From Oopsacas minuta (Eukaryota > Animalia > Porifera), in the NCBI GenBank assembly GCA_024704765.1, contig JAKMXF010000356.1:1-64000 (forward strand): 64,000 bases of DNA, read 5' to 3'. Of this stretch, positions 11,363 to 23,600 are shown in pieces. The position numbers were made by a program, and so were the translations under genes. The notes under the pieces are model-generated. The model searched no databases and was not told the origin of the DNA. It saw nothing but the letters and a program-made list of their open reading frames with translations. The number at the start of each line of letters is the position of its first letter. The stretch's first letter is position 1.

Positions 11363-12940
11363 TAACACTTAAACTGCAAATAAATGTAAACAACAAGTAT
11401 AATATGTGAATAATATCAATAAGGGAAATATTATAATAAATAACACAAACAACAAACTAAAATGCTTGTAAACAGAAATTAGTATTCCAAAATATAACAT
11501 AAATAGTCCCTAATACTGAAATACTAATACCAGATGGATATCTAAATTCTCCTCTCCCATGTCCTCTCCTCCCTATGGTGTGTATTAGCTCTCCTGATGG
11601 AGATAGTATCTTGATATTGTTACGCGTATAATCAGTAATGAGAATATTCCCTACTACATCCAAACAAAAGAATAAGGGACCATACACCACACCATCCTCC
11701 CCACTAGTAATACATGAGTTTATAAGGTGTCCACTTCTCGAGTAGAAGTGGACACAATTAGGACTTAGAGCTAGCACTACAATGCTAGTGGGAGTAACTT
11801 TAATATCCTGAGGGGATTGTAGCTGTTGAGTACCCAAACAATTAACAAATTCAAGAGCTTTGGAGAATATAGAAACTCTGTGATTGCGATTATCAGTAAC
11901 ATACACGTCTCCATTGTAGTCAACACAGAGTCCTTGTGGTTCATTTAGCTCTCCATCTCCTGATCCCTTGTTACCAGTCCTCTTCATTAGTTTGCAATCC
12001 TTCTTGTTGAACTGTAATAAAGCGTGGATTTCTGTGTCCGTAATGAAGACGTTATCTTCTGTCACAGCTATTCCCCATGGTCTCTTGAGTATGTCTTGCC
12101 CAAATCCTTTCAAGAATTTTCCTTCAAAAGACACAACTTGAATACGACTGTTATCACAATCAGCTATGTAAATTATCTGATTTGGTTCATCCAGAGATAG
12201 ACCTGTAGCACTTAATTCATTGTTACCTTTCCCTACCTTCCCAACAGCTAGGATAGGTTCTTTCTTCAGAGAGTAGTCTAGCTCCCATTCTTTCACCTCT
12301 CCGAACTCAGCGATCTGAGTATGTAGTTGGGATAGCATCATATAGGAGAAGAAGGGCTGCTGGAGTTTTGTGGGAGTCTCCAGCTGTTTGATGCGCTGTT
12401 GATAGAGGTCAGTGGCCTGTTGATGGAGATCTTTGTTCTCATTCACTTTCAGACTTAGCTCCTCCATGTGTCGTTGAGTATTGGCCAGTTCCTCCATGGC
12501 TGACTTACGGGTGCTCTCTTTTGATAAATATTCCTCTTTCATATCTTTGAGTTTCCCCAGGAGAGCGTCCCTCCTCGCGATCAGCTGCTGAATTAGGAGA
12601 TCGAACGTATTCATGATTTGAGTAGCGACACAATCGAATTGTGCCACTTCATTAAGTGGCACAATTATGGGCTGATTTGTTGCCATTTTATTGTTTAGAT
12701 TTGAGTTTGTTAGAAATAATATTTTTAACTATTACAGACTCTATCTTATACTTGTGTAACTTGGGAATACCAATGTACGTCAATGGTTGCTATAGTAATT
12801 ACTGTAAAGTTAGGGAATGTTTCTTGGTTAGAGTTATGTCTGTTATACAATTACACAATTAGTGTATGTAGTGCAGGTGTCTTATGGTTAGTTTCAGTTC
12901 CAATTTAGTTATTCTTCCAATAATTTTAATTATCAAAAGT
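11363..12940. repeat. Inverted segmental duplication, copy 1 (partner 32174-33749)
   Basis: Reverse complement matches 32174-33749 across the upstream flank, whole NHL ORF and about 90 bp downstream. Confidence 0.95.
11457..12686 (-). CDS. Intronless coiled-coil + NHL-repeat protein (TRIM-NHL-like, lacking RING/B-box), copy 1
   Basis: 409-aa ORF; N-terminal coiled coil (FDLLIQQLIARRDALL), then NHL repeats (IYIADCDNSRIQVVS, PWGIAV, LNEPQGLCVDYNGDVYVTDNRNHRVSIF, FRYPSGISIS). Confidence 0.9.
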   Translation of the reverse strand: MATNQPIIVPLNEVAQFDCVATQIMNTFDLLIQQLIARRDALLGKLKDMKEEYLSKESTRKSAMEELANTQRHMEELSLKVNENKDLHQQATDLYQQRIKQLETPTKLQQPFFSYMMLSQLHTQIAEFGEVKEWELDYSLKKEPILAVGKVGKGNNELSATGLSLDEPNQIIYIADCDNSRIQVVSFEGKFLKGFGQDILKRPWGIAVTEDNVFITDTEIHALLQFNKKDCKLMKRTGNKGSGDGELNEPQGLCVDYNGDVYVTDNRNHRVSIFSKALEFVNCLGTQQLQSPQDIKVTPTSIVVLALSPNCVHFYSRSGHLINSCITSGEDGVVYGPLFFCLDVVGNILITDYTRNNIKILSPSGELIHTIGRRGHGRGEFRYPSGISISVLGTIYVIFWNTNFCLQAF

Positions 12941-13084
12941 CTGTTGTCTCTTCGATTATCCTCTATCATCAGGATTGTGTCCACTAATATTCGAAAGATC
13001 ACCTCTTTAGTATAACACTTCTTGTTTACAAATATTATCAATTCTATTTATAGTTATAGTCCCCTAGCTTTATAGACGTTTCAA

Positions 13085-14477
13085 ATGTCACATCGTCCAG
13101 AACACACTGGACCAGCTGAGCTATACTATAACAGTGTTGAAGCAAGGAAATACACACAGAATGGTAGAATAATAGAAGTTCAATTGACTATGACACAGAG
13201 GGCAGTGGAAATACTCAATTTACCAGCAGATTGTCCGCAGTTACTGCTAGATATTGGATGTGGTTCTGGCCTAAGCGGGGAATATATAACTGAACAGGTA
13301 GATATACAAATACCTAACATTTTACCCCGTGCACGCCCTACTATTGTCCGTGGATATAACCATCCCCTATATATAGTGTGTTACTCCTTGGCGACACAAT
13401 AGAGCAACAAAAATGTCAGTGAATCTAGAAAATTCTAATTCGAATACAACACTGATTACTTGGAAAAATATTCGTATTATGTAATTTTACCCCTTAGGGT
13501 CACCATTGGGTTGGTTTAGATATCAGCCAAGCTATGCTCGATGTTGCTAGAGAGAGAGAGGTCGATGGAGACTTGTTACTAGGGGACATGGGTCAAGGTG
13601 TACCATTTAGACCTGGCGTATTCGATGGTGCTATTAGTATATCAGCTGTTCAATGGCTATGCAATGCTGATACTAAACAACATAATCCTGTCAAAAGAAT
13701 GTATACTTTGTTTTCAACTTTATACTCAGCACTACGGAGAGGAGCTAAAGCTGTATTGCAAGTATATCCAGAAAATTCTGAGCAAATGGAATTGCTTACA
13801 TTCCAGGTTAGTTGCCTAGCAACCAGGAATATTTATGCAAAAAATATTCACAAATCTGTGGGGAGAAGTACTAATTGTGTCGCCAATCAGATTAGAGGGT
13901 TTATCAGTATGTATAGATTGATATTCTATTTGGTTAAATCAGCTGTTCCCAACCTGGTGTCCATTAACCTCTTGGTGGTCCACGGACGACAGCAAGGGGG
14001 GTCCACGCCTCTTAGGGTGAAAAGTTGGGAGAGCGCGGGGTTAAATGAATGTTTATATGACTTTTTAACACCTAACGATTATTGTACTCCATTGGTTTGG
14101 TATCCTTACTATCCTCTAGGCAACAAAAGTGGGATTCACAGGTGGACTGGTAATAGATTTTCCACATAGTAGTAAAGCTAAGAAGCTCTATCTATGTTTG
14201 TTCACTGGTGGAGCCCCTGTACATATGCCTGTACCGCTAGGAATAGACAATACCTTACAGGTAATGTTGTAAATTTTAAAGGTGTTAAGATTAATCATAT
14301 GTATATATATAGGCTGCCTACACCCAGAAGAAACAATTAACCTCATCTGGTCACAAAAATTTATTCAAAAGCAAGTCTTGGATTCTAGCTAAGAAGGAAC
14401 GGAGGAGAAAGCAAGGAGGTAGAACTGTCAGGCCTGATACTAAATACACAGGAAGGAGAAGGAAAGGAAAGTTCTAG
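13085..14477 (+). CDS. BUD23: 18S rRNA (guanine-N7)-methyltransferase BUD23/WBSCR22
   Basis: Exons 13085-13297, 13498-13806, 14120-14260, 14313-14477, all multiples of 3; [55 protein letters not shown]-terminal [12 protein letters not shown]. Confidence 0.97.
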
Positions 14478-14677
14478 AATATTCTATGTTGATTTAGTAA
14501 ATTATTAAATTTTGTATGCGAGTTATGCCACAGAGGTGTTAAGATGTTATTAACAGAATGGGGTGAGTGTAAGAATAGTTGATTTGTATGTAGGTGGGTT
14601 TTGAAATTTCACATTTGGTGATTAATCATATTTTACACCTTTGCTATTATTTCGATTTTATTTAGCATAAACTAGAA

Positions 14678-17600
14678 ATGAATTTAGAACTTCTCCAGTC
14701 GACCGGTCAGATGTATCCTGACCAGTTAGATGGTACTTTGGAATGTGGTAGTGAGGCTATAACATGTTGCTGTAACAGAAGAGGGACATTATTAGCAGTT
14801 GGTTGTAATGATGGGAGAATAGCTGTGTTTGATTTTCTAACACGAGTTGTTGCTAAGATTTATACAGGACATGTACATCCTGTAACTTCACTATCCTGGA
14901 GTCGAGATGGGTTAGTTTGTAACTGTAAGGATACTGTTAATTATAAACTTGTTTCAGCTCCACAAGATGTCCATCTAAGGATACGGGCAGATGGCACAAA
15001 GTGTCCAATTCATGGAAATATTTCAATGACTGTTAAAGGAGGTCTGTGTAGATATAATCACTACTATTCACCCGTTAGTTAGTAATATATTGTGTAGTTG
15101 TATAATGACAATATTCATGTGGCAGGTGGTGGAGCTGAAACAAGTTTACAACTAACATATGTGTATAGTGTTTGTTAATTCAATTATCTATTTTAGATTT
15201 AAAATACTAAGCACTAGCACAGATAATAACGTGTCTATCTGGGATGTAATTACTGGAGAGTGTGAGCAGAGATATCATTTCTCATCGCCAATACTCAGAG
15301 CTCAGTTTCATCCTAGAGACAAACTGGTATGTATAAAATAGAGTCTGCCACATGTAGATTACAGCCACTTAAGAGACACTATTTCTATTTAAGTCTGAAT
15401 TGATTGTGGAACTGGTAAGAGCTACAAACATGAAATTTGACACTCGTGTAGAATAGGGTGTGTCTTAGTACCCTTTCTAATATCCAAGCGATAACATTCA
15501 AACTCTCTTAGAAAGGTGTCAAATACCTTGACCTATCAGATTTGAGGGTTACACAGTCATGTATACCGTTATATTGGTTAATTTGGATATACAAGTTACG
15601 TAGAAGTTTATATTCATATTCTTGACACCTATTGATATGGTGACAAAATTGTGTCGCTATCCTAATATTTATTATAACCTTTTGTCTACTCTCTTTCATA
15701 TTCTACCATCAATCAGTAGAATTTATCCATAGTAACACACACGTTTAGGTAGTACTCGTATGTCCTATTTGGAATGCGCCAGTCCTCGTTAAGATGGCAG
15801 ATCAACACAAACACACCTCTCTCCCAACAGATGGTGAAAGCGAGCAGAATATCGTAGCATCTTTCACGCATAAAGGAGACTACATTTATATGGGCATAGC
15901 AAGAGGAAGGATTATTATAATACAATATGATGATTTACAAATTATTAAGTTAGTTACCGTCATTCTTAACACCAATGAACCCAGTCAGTAACTAGGTTTG
16001 TACCTCTAGGTCCTTTCGTGTAAGCACTGGCACTACAGCGATAAAATCTTTCGAATTTGCAAGGAGAGGAAGGTCCTTTCTTGTGAACTGTGCGGACAGA
16101 ATAATTCGAGTTTATTCACAAGATGTTGTAATGCTAACTCCGCAAGGAAGTGATCCAGAGCCTGAACAAAAATTACAAGATTTAGTAAACAGGTTAGATT
16201 TCCTTAGTTACCTTTAGGGTTAATTGGAATGTAAGCTTGTTTTATACTTGCGGAGTGAAGAAGGGGATTTGACCTCTGATCACGCCCCAGGGTGAGTTTT
16301 TAGAAAGTTCCATTCCTTAATTAACATAAGACCGGGACAACAAACTCGATCTAACACCCTCCTTGACAACTACAGGAATGCAGAATAAACCGCGTATGTC
16401 TAACCATTATCAAAACTAATTTATACATATAGCACTATTTTAAGGAATCTAATTGCCCTAACGGCGATTAGCACGCAAGATATTATTTACAAATCTCAAA
16501 TCCAATAATTCAGCCTTTGGAATGTGAACTAATCACTGTCATCAGTGTCACTAACTTCTAGCATGTTTTCATCCAAAAAACAGTATTCACCTGGTCGAAG
16601 TTTCTTGGAGAACAAGCCTAGCATTTCCCTTTCGCATTCTTCAGGAATTAAACCCATGATTGAGTATTCTCTCATAAATATTGTAGCAATTGCGCCAGCA
16701 TCCAAGAGACTCTCCACTATATTTATGTGGCCGTGTGCGACAGCTAGATGGAGTGGTGTAGCTTCATCTGGGGCCTGTTCGTTAATATCGATCTCTTCGT
16801 CCTTTTTATTCAGTAGCATATCGACCAGAAATTCGTTACCCTTCTCTGCAGACATGTGGAGAAGTGTGTACCCTTTCTTCTTGTCCTTCTGGTACAATTG
16901 GTCCCCACCGATATTATAGAAGTAATGGAATGCTTCCATGTTACCCTCCAGGACCGCGAGTTGGATTGGCGTAACCCCCTCCTTATCCCAAATTTTCAGA
17001 ACCTGCGAGGTTTCGTTTGTCGGGAAAGTAAATTCTTTAAAAATTTTACTCGCATAATATTCAGCATTCCTTTCAGCCAAATAATGGAATATTGTTCTTC
17101 TCTCGTTGTCCACTTGGTTGATGGGTGCGCCGTTTCTAAGGAGAGCCAGAGTGGACGTTAAATTCCTTGCTAGGATGGAAACGAAGAGTAGAGAATGTCC
17201 ATGAAGGTTCTGGAAGCTGATATCTGGCTTAAAAGAATTCCCATTTTTAAGTGTTTCTATGGCTCTATTAATTATATCCTGGTTAGTGATCTCTAGCAAC
17301 ATCTTCTGCAGATTGGTATTCCAATAGCGATCTACGTTACGCATTAACGCGTTCCTGTTCTCCACGATGGAATTAATGGAATTTTCATGGCTGATTCGCT
17401 TAGGTGAAATTTCCTTAGCCTTGTTTACCCCTTTTGTCGCTGGAATACCATCTGGTTCGATTATGTGGCCTTTTTCATTTTGGGGGCAACTCCCTCCATC
17501 ATATTTATGCAGTTGTGAATTACCTTTCCTTGAACAATACCTTTCCTTGGTATTGTCACAAGTTTGTTTCTCCATTGAGTCAAGGTATTTGTCACACATT

Positions 17601-20600
17601 GTTCAATTGGCACAGATGTCTTATTTTAGAGAATTAGATTTTTATATTTCCCTATTTATAGTTACGATTTCATTGTATACACCATATGAAATTGGATTAT
17701 TTAACCGATTACGGCCGAAGTGTTACATTCTTAACGAAAAGGAACACGTTAATTTTATCACTTCGTTTTAATCAATTCTCACACCCAAATCGAGATTACA
17801 GCACCATTTTGACGTCATAACATGACACATTTTCTCAGCAGTATTCGGTTAAAAAGGTGATTTACTCACAAGTGACAGAAAAATAGTAATAATTAAACTA
17901 TCAAATGACGTAGTTAGCAAGTATATCGAATATAAGATGGTAGTTCGTGTTTGTGCGGCAACGCGCGCATAGTTGAGCAATCCAAACACTATATACAGGG
18001 CCGGTCCTTGAGGAGGTTTCAATATTTGCCGCCCTAGTTCACCTAGTGGAAGGACAATTTTTAAACGAATATTGGGTAGTTTCCAGGTAAATAATATTAT
18101 GCAAAATAACACAGAAATTATATACATATCGTACTTATTCGAATTTAATTTGTACTACAAATATTTGATTCTATTTTAAGATACACGTGCCTAGAGAATG
18201 TCTATATTTAACACCTTTTGCTGATTGTATATAATTATCTTATCTCAGCTGTCAGCTAATTATCTTATCTCAGCTGTCAGCTATTAATCACTACTCTTCC
18301 AAATTAACTCTAAATACCCCTAAAATACATTTCTTATTTTCACATAGCTAACCAAGGATTTCTCAACCTGTGGCCATATGACCAAAAGGCCAACATGTCC
18401 GAACGTGTCCAAACATGATCGAACTTGGCTGTGGTCATGATAAGGTTTGTCGGTGCTTGGCGGGAACCTAAAAGTATCAGTTAAGCAGCCATGTAGGACA
18501 CAAAGTGTCGACCGTGAATCTCTAATTAGTACTGGATCAATATGTTACCGTCCAAAAAAGTGGCATTCCAAGAGAGTCACTTTAAGTAAAAGTGGCCGGG
18601 GCCCAGAACTCCAAGAAACACCTCGTCATGATACATAATTTATACGAAGTGTAGCCATAGCCTATGAGAGTACCCTGCCTTATGCATTCTTGCCCTTCTA
18701 GCTATCTGCTGACATATCACATATTCCTTATAATTCTATCTTTTAATAATAGATTTATCAAAAATGGATGACTCTCCATTAATAATATTTCATCAAAACC
18801 AAAATAGAATCGTAAATATGATTAATGATCATTCCAGGAAAATGTAAGGTATATTCCAGTTGCCCATGTGTTTGAACTAATAGACTCTACTTCTACTATA
18901 ATTACTGATCATGTAGATATATTGAATTGATGTATTTCCTTTATCGTCACAGTTTTAATGCTGTAATAACTGACTGTAATTTACTAACAATAAACTACCT
19001 TTTTGGTTTTTACTGTATCTTTAAGACAGAAAATAATTATCCCACATTTTATTTGAAGAATTTAATTCTACTTCATTTGAATTGTTGTTGTTTGAGGTAA
19101 TTTCTGTATACGCAGTGTTTCCCGTAAGGCGGGTTACGCGGGTTATTTTACGCGCTTATCTTCATTAGGCGGGTTAAATTCGCAATGTATACATACAGAT
19201 TATTAATGCAAGTATTTATTGTAAGAAAGATCGCTAATTATGGGACGCGATATATCGTAAGAGAGCTAATGCATTGTAAAACCGAATATGAACATTATGT
19301 AAATAATAAATAAGAGTATCCTTCAAAGTGTTTACATTCCCTAGGTAACCATAGTTACGTCTATCAAATATTTATAATGCTTTTTGAGATTACTACCCCA
19401 GACTATCATACCAATTAGCTAAATGGATTCGGATACCCAGAATTGCACCGTGATAATACACTGGGATTCTCCCTAGATGATGTCCAAATGGATTATACAT
19501 ATTGGTTATACTCTTGTTGGTTTGTTTGTTGATTTAATCACAGAATATTAATCCTCTTAAAGAGTGCTATGAATATTACCACAATTCTGAATAATCTCGT
19601 TATTACGGAATCGTATTAGACTTACATTTATCAGTTCTGTTTCAATACAGTGTTATCCAGCTAATACATCTACGTTCCCTTGTGAGAAGTAGAGATATAT
19701 GTAATACGTCCCGGTTGGTGTAGGTACATATGAGTTATAGTAGAGTAGTACCAAGCAATCTCTTATATTTATAGCACACAGGTTTAGCCCAAATTCCAAT
19801 ACTCTATGATAAATGTATTGATAGGATTGTGAGGTTTAGAAATATATAAATGCGAGGTTTCAGTTATTTTTTGGGATATAGAATATTACATTACCGATTA
19901 TTGTTACGTTAGAGCAGACGTTGCGGGACAACTTCCGAAAAACTGGTGCTCTGGCCGAGACCACTCTGTAGTCGAGGGCCTAGGAGAGACCAGGGGAACA
20001 AAATGGGGGTGAAATCAAGTTATAGAAAATGCAATGTTTTGATTATGAAGTGCTATTTACTTCAGTAAACAAATAAGATACATTTATTTAATTAAGAGAG
20101 CAAAGAATTCGACACACATAAGCAAATATTAATAATAATACTCACTCTGTTCTTGACTTTCCCAGTCTATTCTAGAATTCAGGAATATCCATTTATCTGT
20201 ATCTCGGTCAACAGAGTCAAACAACACATTTCTCATTTTTGTATCGTTATTTACCTGTGTGTAGCTCAATATTGAATTCCCATCACGTAATATCATTGGA
20301 TCTGCTTTATGTTTCGTCAGGAGTTGGACAGCGATGAGGTGATTATTGCTGACTGCTAGGAACAGGGCTGTTAGTCCATCGGGGCTCTGATAGTTGATAT
20401 CTCCGTAATCACAACTAGTCAGCATATATTGGAGGATGTCTATATTTCCAACGCGTGCTGCGTATTGTAATGGAGTGTATTGTCCCTTTTGATCCCAAAT
20501 TTTCAAATTAGCGCCCATTTCTGCATAGGATTGGAACATATTTACGTTCTCCTTCTCAATGGCGATTTGTATTGGCGTTTGTCCTTCGCTGTCATGGAAA

Positions 20601-23600
20601 TTCAGGGCATTAACAGAGAATTCGTAATAACGGAGTCTATCTGGGAGTTTGAATTTGGTTTCTGGCAGATAATGGAATATTGTTCTTAGCTTCGCATCGT
20701 AAGCATCAATTTTCACGGCATTTGTATTCAATATTGAATTGAATATAGCTTCATTTTGTGAGAGTAGCCCCAAATGGATTGCGCTTCTCCCTTGGATATT
20801 TTTAATGTTTAAGTATCTTGCGACTTGTTGTTTAGGGACTGAGTGATTGAATAAAAGTTTTAGGAAATCGTAAAATGCGTTTGCTGCACCTGTTATAAGT
20901 GAGATGTACAGCGGGGTGTTTTTATATTTATCGAGTGTGAAGAGTGAATTCAATTTCAAATCAATAGGCAATTGATTGAAATAACTGCTATCGTTCGTGC
21001 GGGCATATTTGCCAATAATCTGAGAAGCATCTTCGAAAGTGTATTGCCGTATTTCTGTTTGCATTGGTGACGTGTGCGGACGGTTCTCATTTCGTTTTTC
21101 CTCCTGTTTGGGAACACTGAATCCATCAAAATGGATTTCAGCTTTCGCTATTGATTTTTGATCAGATCTTCTTTGGTTTGATGAAAATATGGAATCCGCT
21201 TCAAAAGTTTCATTTTGCTGACGGTCGGAATGTGGTCTACGAGCCATTTTATTCTATTTGTATTTCAGGTGGTTTATTTTAGTTTCTTATATGAATTATT
21301 ATTCTCTCTGATTTATATAAGTATATACAGTCAGATATCTTACTGGAATTTCCTATATGGTTTCACTGTATTGTGCCTAAGTACAGAGAAAAGCCAGAAT
21401 TACAAGGTGAAATTCCTGAATCTTATTTAAAAAACATTTTCGGAATTTGTTCTTAATTTTGTATATAATTATTTTCCAAACTAACCCCCCGGTTTTCCCT
21501 AAAACACCGGCTTTAGTTTTGTAACATAATCTTAAACCCATGTTTATAATGTTATGATAACTATAATAGTTATGCGAGATAGCCTTCAACGGACACGGAT
21601 TGTTCGCAAACCGTGTCGCTCAGCGTTAGAAGCTCTTAAACATTATGAAATTATAATTCATGTAATGCTAACTAATATTTTGTAAACTATGCCACCTTGA
21701 AATTGTATGAACTTTCAAATTGTGGTTTATCTTACATAATATGATTGAGTGAAATTCCACATATTTCTCTGGTAATTACTTTGCGGGAGGAAATTCCAGG
21801 AATACCAGAAGTATAGTATGTAACTATGTTTTCAATAGCGTCGGTTTTGACCAATAAAAAGTGTCTCTTACATCACAATAGGAATTACTGTCATTTTAGG
21901 CGGGTTAATTCTCTGCCAAAATTCCCTTGCACATTCCACGTGATTTTAGTTTCAAATTCCAATTGTCCTTTTGATTGTCACCTTGTGATATTTCTTCCAG
22001 ACACGAATCGAATTTCCCTTTTAATAATTAGCTAATATTATGACGTCATGATTTTGTTAATAACCACTCCGCCTATATTCCTTCATGATAATATAGTAGT
22101 CTTAAGGTGTCGTTTGATCGCAATAATTAAACAATCAATATTTTTAATCAAATTAGTTAGGCAATAATATTTTCTGTGACAGGCAATGAGGAAGATTTTC
22201 CAAAAAATATTAGCTTAACGTTTAAGGCTATAATTATAATTATTTTTGGAAATTCATATTTGACAATAAAGTATAACAATTAATGCGAATGCTAATTTTC
22301 CTTCAGACAATTACGTTTAAGCTAAATAATATTAACTACATTATGATAATAATTATCTGTAAATACCCTCACAAAAATAATAGAACATAAATATGTTGTA
22401 TACTAAAAATTTAAGGATTTGTCCCTCGGGGCTGTTTTGATATATTTGGTATTACAAATCTTAATTAATTTGTGTTACAAATCAGAGTAAAGTCATTCTG
22501 GCGAGATTATAGAAACTGAATCATATTTTTGTAATTTCCATTATTAAAGGTCAACTTCCGTTCTGTGAATGAAACACTTGTTTCAAATACACATGATGTC
22601 GATCTAAGGATGTGGACATTTCATTATTTATTACGTTTCATAATATACAGCTTCAATGACTCTGAGAGGCATAAAGTACAAACTCAGTTATCCGAACGAC
22701 CTGCCAAAGCGTTCGGTTACTCGAGGTCGTTGATGCATAATGGAATAGGAACTGGGCTGGTGGAATATTCGAATAATCGAGTTTGTACTGATATTAGAGA
22801 CATAACTTCACTACTTCTTGTTTGTTGTTTCAGTTCCAATAGCTAGTATACGTAAATAATACAATACAATTTGTCCTTACTACAGAACTGAAATCATATT
22901 AATTATTCCTATGAAACCTATATACACATAAACATATTGTTGTTGTTACATAACGTAAACAAGCAACCCAAAATATTCACAACGTAAACATTTATTCAGG
23001 AATTTACCTTATGAACCAATTTATGCTTAATCACCTCTCTGGTAATTACCAATAATAACCTGTTCTAATCATTATCAGGAATTGTACGTGTAATTATTTA
23101 TGGAAGTGGCTAGAGTGTCAGCAATAGGGTGCAAGACATGGCCAGTCCTATGCACTAACATTTGGAGGAGCAAACATAGGGTGTGGAGGTGTTAGGTCCT
23201 GAACACAATATATATATTTGATTGTACAATTGAAAAAGTCGAACTTTGGAGGGTAATACACCCCGTGCAGCCTCCTAGATCCGCCTATGGACTGTTGGAT
23301 GTGGTTATTTGTCATTTTGAGGCAGGCCTCGAGTTGTTGGAGTGGGAATTTATACTTTACCCTTTCTGTTACTTTAACCGAATACGGCCGGGAAAATGTG
23401 TGATTTTATGACATCACAAAGGTGCTGAATTCTCGTTTTTGGTGTGAGAATTAGTTTCAATGAATTAGTAAAATTTTAGTGTTCCTTTTCATTACGAACG
23501 TAAAACTTCAGCTGTAATCGTTTAAGAGAAAATATTCTTCCACTTTTCCGGAATTCTCCTCACAGCTTGTATTTATACATCCAATTTCGACAGGACCTTA

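Noticed and set aside
12656-12862. Twin ORFs MAQLWADLL... (also 32251-32457)
   Set aside because: Antisense frames over the duplicated NHL start and upstream flank.
14911-15082. Shared peptide KCPIHGNISMTVKGGLCRYNHYYSPVS in ORFs 14678-15082 and 41270-41686
   Set aside because: Read-through from exons into the same intronic MITE; not a protein domain.
17570-17599. DKYLDSM resembling IkB-alpha DSGLDSM degron
   Set aside because: Lacks the DSG core needed for beta-TrCP recognition; probably chance.
16545-17771. Several + strand ORFs over ankyrin gene 1 (likewise over the MAGUK, CAP, NHL and AP exons)
   Set aside because: Antisense shadow ORFs with no motifs.
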